Shown here: piece by piece, positions 58,329 to 64,000 of the stretch
Layout: every line of letters begins with the position of its first letter
How positions within the stretch are numbered: the stretch's first letter is position 1
Assembly: GCA_977020255.1 (NCBI GenBank)
Contig: CDROCS010000253.1
Span: 372,001-436,000 of the forward strand
DNA length: 64,000 nt
Direction: 5' to 3'
Source of the DNA: Obrimoposthia wandeli
Lineage: Eukaryota
Notes under the pieces: model-generated
What the model was told of the DNA's origin: nothing
Databases searched by the model: none
What the model saw: only the letters and a program-made list of their open reading frames with translations
Program-made: the position numbers and the translations under genes

Positions 58329-61010
58329 TTAAACTAGCTTACCATGACATTGTTTATATTTTTTACCTGATCCACATGGGCAAGGCTCATTTCGACCCAC
58401 GCGAGGGGCTTGTTCTTGCTCACTAGGATTTGATGCTGATTGGTGTTGAAAATCCATGGGTACTTCTTCAGACTTTCTATGCTGCTCTTCTACTGCTTCA
58501 ACATCAGACTCAGCACGAATTTGCACTTTAGACAAAATACCCACTACATCGTATTTCAAGTTATTTAACATTTCAGTAAACAATTCGAAAGATTCACGCT
58601 TAAATTCTTGCTTCGGATTTTTTTGTGCATGAGCACGTAAGCCAATGCCTTGACGAAGGTGATCCATAGCTGATAAATGCTCTTTCCAATGAGAATCTAA
58701 GCTTTGCAACATCACCGCTTTTTCAAACTGTCGTAAAACATCAGTGCCAACGGCTTCTTCTTTATCTTTATAAGCTTGTTCAAATTCAGCAATGATCTTT
58801 TCGCGTAAGCTTTCCTCATGAAGTTTATTATCTTCTTCAAGCCATTTCGCGATGGTTAGCTCAGTTGAATACTCACCTTTTAATTGCTCTTCAAGACCTT
58901 GGATATTCCACATTTCATCTAATGACTGACGTGGAATGTGCTGATCAATAACACCCGTAATAACATCATTACGAATGGCATCAACAACGGCACCAATCTC
59001 TTCATTATCAAGTAACTCATTACGTTGCTCGTAGATAACACCACGTTGATCATTAGCAACATCATCGTATTCTAATAGCTGCTTACGCATATCAAAGTTA
59101 CGACCTTCAACCTTACGCTGAGCATTTTCAATACTACGAGTAACCCAAGGGTGCTCAATAGCCTCGCCATGTTCCATGCCTAACTTACGCATCATATTAG
59201 AGATACGTTCTGAGGCAAATATACGCATCAATGAATCTTCCATTGATAGGTAAAAACGTGTTGAACCTTCATCACCTTGTCGACCTGAACGGCCACGCAG
59301 CTGATTATCTATTCGTCTAGACTCATGACGTTCTGTCGCAACTATATGTAAACCACCCAACTCAAGTACACGGTCGTGGTCAATTTTCCACTGCGCTTTA
59401 GTTTTAGCGATATCATCTTCACTAGCATTAGTTAACTTAGCGATGATGGCATCTAAATTACCGCCTAAAACAATATCAGTACCACGACCAGCCATGTTAG
59501 TCGCTATAGTAACTGCGTTTTCTTTACCCGCATCAGCAACAATTTCAGCTTCTTGTTGGTGGAATTTAGCATTAAGCACTTTGTGCTTAATTTTTGCTTT
59601 TTTCAAGAAGTCAGATAAGAACTCTGACGTTTCAATAGCAATAGTACCAACAAGTACTGGTTGTCCGCGTTTCACACAATCTTGAATATCAGCTAAAATA
59701 GCTTCAAACTTTTCGTCTGTTGTTAAGTAAATCAAATCAGGCATGTCCTTACGAACCATTGGCTGGTTAGTAGGAATAATAACAGTCTCTAGACCATAGA
59801 TATGATTAAATTCGAAAGCTTCAGTATCTGCAGTTCCCGTCATACCTGACAGTTTTTCATAAATCCTGAAGTAATTTTGAAAGGTAATAGAAGCCAGTGT
59901 CTGATTTTCATTTTGAATATTAACACCTTCTTTTGCTTCAACTGCCTGATGAAGACCTTCAGACCAACGACGACCTTCCATCGTACGGCCAGTGTGCTCA
60001 TCGACAATAACGATCTCGTCATCTTTTACAATATAATCAACATCTTTTTGAAATAGTTTATGGGCGCGAAGCGCTGCCATAACATGGTGTAATAAAGTTA
60101 TATTAGCTGCTGAAAATAAAGTATCACCCTCAGTAAGTAACTCTTTTTCAACCATGATTTCTTCAATATGAATTTGACCACGTTCGGTTAAATAAACTTG
60201 CTTGGCTTTTTCATCAATAGTGAAATCACCCGTGCTCTCTTCACCTTCTTTATCTTCTTCTTCTTGCTGCTCAAGCGTCGGCACTAAAGTATTAATTATC
60301 TTATAGAGTGCTGAACTATCTTCTGCTTGGCCTGAAATAATAAGTGGTGTTCTTGCTTCATCAATTAAGATTGAATCGACTTCATCGATAATGGCAAAGT
60401 GTAGTGGTTTTTGAGAGCGTTCTTGCGGTGAGAACACCATATTGTCACGTAAATAATCAAATCCGAATTCGTTATTCGTACCGTAAGTGATATCTGATTG
60501 ATAGGCAGCTTGCTTATCTTCAGTTGTCATTCCTGCAACATTACAGCCAACAGTTAGTCCAAGGAATTCAAATAAAGGACGACTCCAATCTGCATCACGG
60601 GTAGCTAGGTAATCATTGACCGTAATAACATGCACACCTTTATCGGTTAGTGCATTCAGATATGACGGCAAAGTTGCCGTTAGTGTTTTACCTTCTCCGG
60701 TACGCATTTCGGCAATTTTGCCTTCATTAAGCACCATACCACCAATCATTTGCACATCGAAATGACGCATGCCAAATACGCGTTTACTGGCTTCTCTTAC
60801 TACAGCAAAAGATTCAGCTAATAATTGCTCGACTGTTTCACCTTGAGAAAACCGCTCTTTAAACTCAATGGTTTTGGCTTTTAATTCATCATCACTTAAT
60901 GCCTCTAAAACGGGTTCAAGTGCATTTATTTTAGTTACTTCTTTGCTCATTTGCTTTAGTAATCTATCGTTTCGACTACCAAACATTTTTGTTAACAAAT
61001 TTCCAAACAT
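58329..61010 (-). CDS. secA: Preprotein translocase ATPase SecA
   Basis: [28 protein letters not shown]-terminal [13 protein letters not shown]. Confidence 0.99.
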   Translation of the reverse strand: MFGNLLTKMFGSRNDRLLKQMSKEVTKINALEPVLEALSDDELKAKTIEFKERFSQGETVEQLLAESFAVVREASKRVFGMRHFDVQMIGGMVLNEGKIAEMRTGEGKTLTATLPSYLNALTDKGVHVITVNDYLATRDADWSRPLFEFLGLTVGCNVAGMTTEDKQAAYQSDITYGTNNEFGFDYLRDNMVFSPQERSQKPLHFAIIDEVDSILIDEARTPLIISGQAEDSSALYKIINTLVPTLEQQEEEDKEGEESTGDFTIDEKAKQVYLTERGQIHIEEIMVEKELLTEGDTLFSAANITLLHHVMAALRAHKLFQKDVDYIVKDDEIVIVDEHTGRTMEGRRWSEGLHQAVEAKEGVNIQNENQTLASITFQNYFRIYEKLSGMTGTADTEAFEFNHIYGLETVIIPTNQPMVRKDMPDLIYLTTDEKFEAILADIQDCVKRGQPVLVGTIAIETSEFLSDFLKKAKIKHKVLNAKFHQQEAEIVADAGKENAVTIATNMAGRGTDIVLGGNLDAIIAKLTNASEDDIAKTKAQWKIDHDRVLELGGLHIVATERHESRRIDNQLRGRSGRQGDEGSTRFYLSMEDSLMRIFASERISNMMRKLGMEHGEAIEHPWVTRSIENAQRKVEGRNFDMRKQLLEYDDVANDQRGVIYEQRNELLDNEEIGAVVDAIRNDVITGVIDQHIPRQSLDEMWNIQGLEEQLKGEYSTELTIAKWLEEDNKLHEESLREKIIAEFEQAYKDKEEAVGTDVLRQFEKAVMLQSLDSHWKEHLSAMDHLRQGIGLRAHAQKNPKQEFKRESFELFTEMLNNLKYDVVGILSKVQIRAESDVEAVEEQHRKSEEVPMDFQHQSASNPSEQEQAPRVGRNEPCPCGSGKKYKQCHGKLV

Positions 61011-61100
61011 CTTATTTAAACCATTTATTGAGAATGATCAGTGACTATATTGGCCACCTTTCGTGAATTTATGATGATAACCGTTTAATGCTTTTTTCGG

Positions 61101-61997
61101 CTATTTCCCTTTGCGATAAACAAATTTAATTGGATTAATTTGTTTATTATTTCGTAATATCTCATAGTGAACATGTGGTCCCGTTGAGCGACCAGTACTA
61201 CCCATACGTGCAATATTTTGCCCTTTATTTACGACATCACCCACATTTACCAGTAAATCTTTATTATGACCATAGCGAGTAGTTAATCCATCTCCATGAT
61301 TTATTTCAATCAGTTGCCCATAGCCGTAGCGCTTACTTGCCCAAGTAACTACCCCTGAAGCAGTAGCAATAATAGCTGTATTTTCTTTACCAGCAAAGTC
61401 TACGCCTTTGTGCATTGTCGGCTTACCATTAAATGGGTCTTTACGAACACCATAATATGAAGATAACCAGCCCTTGGCTATCGGTCGACCTGATAAGTAA
61501 CCATTATTTTGTATATGGTGACCAAAAGTTAAAGATTCAAGCATTTGTAACTGTTTTTCTTCGTAATTTATCTTACTTTCAAAATGTTCTATTTCAATAA
61601 AGAGCTGTTCAAGTGTTTTATCATTGACCAACAAAGTATTTGAAGCAGGTCCACCACTCGCTGGTAGTTGGTTGAAGTTAAATTCTTTTTCTGGGATGTT
61701 AGCATCATCAGCCAAACGATCACCAAGGGCATTTAAACGTAATACCTGGCTTTGTAATTCAGCTAGCTTGATTGTCAGTCCGGTAATTTGTTGATCTTTA
61801 ACCTGAATAGGAGCCAGGCTGATTTGAGATAATACTTGGTACTTCTCGCCGTTGGGCTGTAATTCATTACTGACAATGAGATGAACAATTAACCCAGAAA
61901 TTAGTGCGAATGCACACACCGCTGATAACCAATGCAATTTAGTAAGCCGCATTGAAAATCTGACGTTCTTTCCTCGGTATAGTAGTGTTAAACTCAT
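61101..61997 (-). CDS. M23 family peptidase
   Basis: HKGVDF, YGH, STGPHVHYE; usual position upstream of secA. Confidence 0.92.
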   Translation of the reverse strand: MSLTLLYRGKNVRFSMRLTKLHWLSAVCAFALISGLIVHLIVSNELQPNGEKYQVLSQISLAPIQVKDQQITGLTIKLAELQSQVLRLNALGDRLADDANIPEKEFNFNQLPASGGPASNTLLVNDKTLEQLFIEIEHFESKINYEEKQLQMLESLTFGHHIQNNGYLSGRPIAKGWLSSYYGVRKDPFNGKPTMHKGVDFAGKENTAIIATASGVVTWASKRYGYGQLIEINHGDGLTTRYGHNKDLLVNVGDVVNKGQNIARMGSTGRSTGPHVHYEILRNNKQINPIKFVYRKGK

Positions 61998-62065
61998 AGG
62001 ACTCTATTTCGATTAATTTATTCAGTAAGCTTTATTACTGAATTTTGCTAATTTTTGGTGCAACA

Positions 62066-62572
62066 ATGGCTAGAAAATCAAAAGTCCCTATTAATATGTC
62101 AGCGCTATTACAAACAACGACAGGCACTTTGGCACATATTCAGACAAAAACCAACTCTTTGACCATCTTGGCAGACATTGTACGGCAAATTTGCCCTGAT
62201 TTACCAGTAGATGCTTGGCATATTGCTAATTGCCGAAAAGACACCCTAATTATAGAAGTGAAGTCTCCTGTTTGGGGGCAACGATTACAGTTTGAACGCA
62301 ATACTATTTGTAACGCATTAATGAGCAGTACTGACGGTAACTTTCAAAGGATAGAAATTAAAGTTAACCCGCAGGGTTTCCGCCAGCAACGCCATGAAAT
62401 AACCGAAAAGACACGCGCCGATCTCATGCAATCAGCACCAGTGAAGCCTTATCAAAGTGATGCGGTTGTTAATGAAAAAACCGCTAAGCAGTTTTTAGAT
62501 ATCGCAAAAAATGCACCAAAGGGCTTGAAAGAAAAACTAGAGAAATTAGCCCGGGTTGCAGGAAGAAAATAA
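62066..62572 (+). CDS. dciA: DciA / DUF721 family protein
   Basis: Position between lpxC and the M23/secA genes; LIIEVKSPVWGQRLQF, IEIKVNP; LKEKLEKLA end. Confidence 0.75.
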   Translation: MARKSKVPINMSALLQTTTGTLAHIQTKTNSLTILADIVRQICPDLPVDAWHIANCRKDTLIIEVKSPVWGQRLQFERNTICNALMSSTDGNFQRIEIKVNPQGFRQQRHEITEKTRADLMQSAPVKPYQSDAVVNEKTAKQFLDIAKNAPKGLKEKLEKLARVAGRK

Positions 62573-62651
62573 ACTGGGTATAGGATTACACTATGCGAAC
62601 ACTATGTTTAGTGATATTAATGTTCGCAGCTTTCTGGCTCTAGAGCGAAGG

Positions 62652-63569
62652 CTAAAATGCCGTGGCATTAATTTCCTGGTACTCTATTGGTGAAGGTTTA
62701 TCACCTTCATAGGTAACCCATTCCCATGAATCTGTCCGTTTAAAAACTTCTCTAAGCAACATATTATTTAAACCATGTCCTGATTTAAAAGCGTTTAATT
62801 CACCTAAAATACTAGCACTGCCCATATAAAGGTCACCAATAGCATCAAGTATTTTATGCTTTACAAATTCGTCATCATAACGTAATTCATTTTTATTAAG
62901 CATTCTATAATTATCAAGTACGATGGCATTTTCTAAACTGCCACCCAAGGCCAAATTATGAGAGCGTAAGAACTCAATATCTTTCATAAAACCAAACGTT
63001 CTAGCACGGCTTATTTCTTTAATAAAAGAACAACTAGAAAAATCCATACTCATAGTTTGACAAGTTTTTTCGATAACTGGGTGTTCAAATTCAATAGAAA
63101 AATTGACTCTAAAACCTTCATAAGGCAGTAACTCTGCCCATTTGTCACCTTCTTCAACACGGATTGGCTTCTTAATACGCAAAAAGCGTTTAGGCGCATT
63201 TAATGTCTCAATACCAACCGATTGAATTAAGTAAACGAAAGGTAAGGCACTGCCATCCATAATAGGAATTTCAGCGGCATCAACATCAACAAACAAGTTA
63301 TCGATGCCTAAACCGGCAACGGCTGAGAGTAAGTGCTCAACAGTTGATACTTTAACCTGCTGTTCATTAACTAAACAAGTACATAACGTTGTTTCGCCCA
63401 CAGCTTCTGGTGTTGCTTTGATATCAACCACAGGGTCAAGATCAATACGACGGAAAACAATACCGGTGTTTGCTGGTGCAGGACGGAGAGTAACCTGCAC
63501 TTTTTCACCTTTATGTAAACCAACACCTACTGTTGAGACACTCGTTTTTAATGTACGTTGCTTAATCAT
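62652..63569 (-). CDS. lpxC: UDP-3-O-acyl-GlcNAc deacetylase
   Basis: [33 protein letters not shown]. Confidence 0.99.
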   Translation of the reverse strand: MIKQRTLKTSVSTVGVGLHKGEKVQVTLRPAPANTGIVFRRIDLDPVVDIKATPEAVGETTLCTCLVNEQQVKVSTVEHLLSAVAGLGIDNLFVDVDAAEIPIMDGSALPFVYLIQSVGIETLNAPKRFLRIKKPIRVEEGDKWAELLPYEGFRVNFSIEFEHPVIEKTCQTMSMDFSSCSFIKEISRARTFGFMKDIEFLRSHNLALGGSLENAIVLDNYRMLNKNELRYDDEFVKHKILDAIGDLYMGSASILGELNAFKSGHGLNNMLLREVFKRTDSWEWVTYEGDKPSPIEYQEINATAF

Positions 63570-63843
63570 ATCAGCCTCGCTTACTTTGCTTTTTATTGGT
63601 TAACAAATGCAATTGCTCTTATAATATTTTACTTAGCACCAAGCTATATAAAATGATCTACAAGCCGCATTTTATCCCATCATTAAAATGAACTACCCAC
63701 CTACTCCCGGAGTAAATTTAAGAATAAATTTAGGAGTAAAAGCGGCTACGCTCGTTTAAGGGCGCATAATATATCAAAAAAAAACGCTAAAATCAAAAAT
63801 ACCAATGACAGCCGAACTTAATTCAGACCTAAGAACTTAATAG

Positions 63844-63999
63844 TTAGTCCGCTTGCTTACGCAAAAATGCGGGAATATCTAAATAGGTATCTAAATCCGT
63901 TGCCACCGCTTTTTGCGCATTGCTATCAGTCATCGCCAACGCTTCTGTCGCTAAATTGACCTGTGGTACGGCTGGCGTATAATCACCACCAACAACTTT
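63844..63999 (-). CDS. ftsZ: FtsZ C-terminal end (partial)
   Basis: ...DTYLDIPAFLRKQAD*, upstream of lpxC. Confidence 0.97.
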   Translation of the reverse strand, partial: KVVGGDYTPAVPQVNLATEALAMTDSNAQKAVATDLDTYLDIPAFLRKQAD

Positions 64000-64000
64000 T

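Overview
AT-rich gammaproteobacterial chromosome segment; gene order and protein sequences suggest Colwellia/Alteromonadales (inference). The right half (39.1-64 kb) is core genome: rnpB, rsmI, lpoA-yraN-gmhA/diaA-dolP, petABC-sspAB, rplM-rpsI, pilA(decayed)-pilBCD-coaE-zapD-yacG, mutT, secA, M23 peptidase, dciA, lpxC and the ftsZ 3' end, with three copies of a structured MITE-like intergenic repeat. The left half (1.6-38.5 kb) is accessory and has three blocks. (i) An 18-gene, tightly coupled operon in which a complete Flp/Tad pilus locus runs directly into a TlpA thioredoxin-DUF4266-DUF3570-ApbE flavinylation module and a beta-barrel. It is flanked by two surface-lipoprotein genes that share an N-terminal domain and a near-identical Fur-box-like promoter. 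This is the best candidate for an undescribed system: an iron-regulated, pilus-associated, flavinylated surface apparatus. (ii) A PhoA / TonB-dependent receptor / AlkP-family / PhoD locus behind a six-unit Pho-box array. (iii) A four-gene envelope operon of unknown function: GDPD lipoprotein, 818-aa membrane protein, DUF1439-like lipoprotein and a J-less DnaJ-type zinc-finger membrane protein. All family assignments are from motif recognition by eye; no database searches were run.
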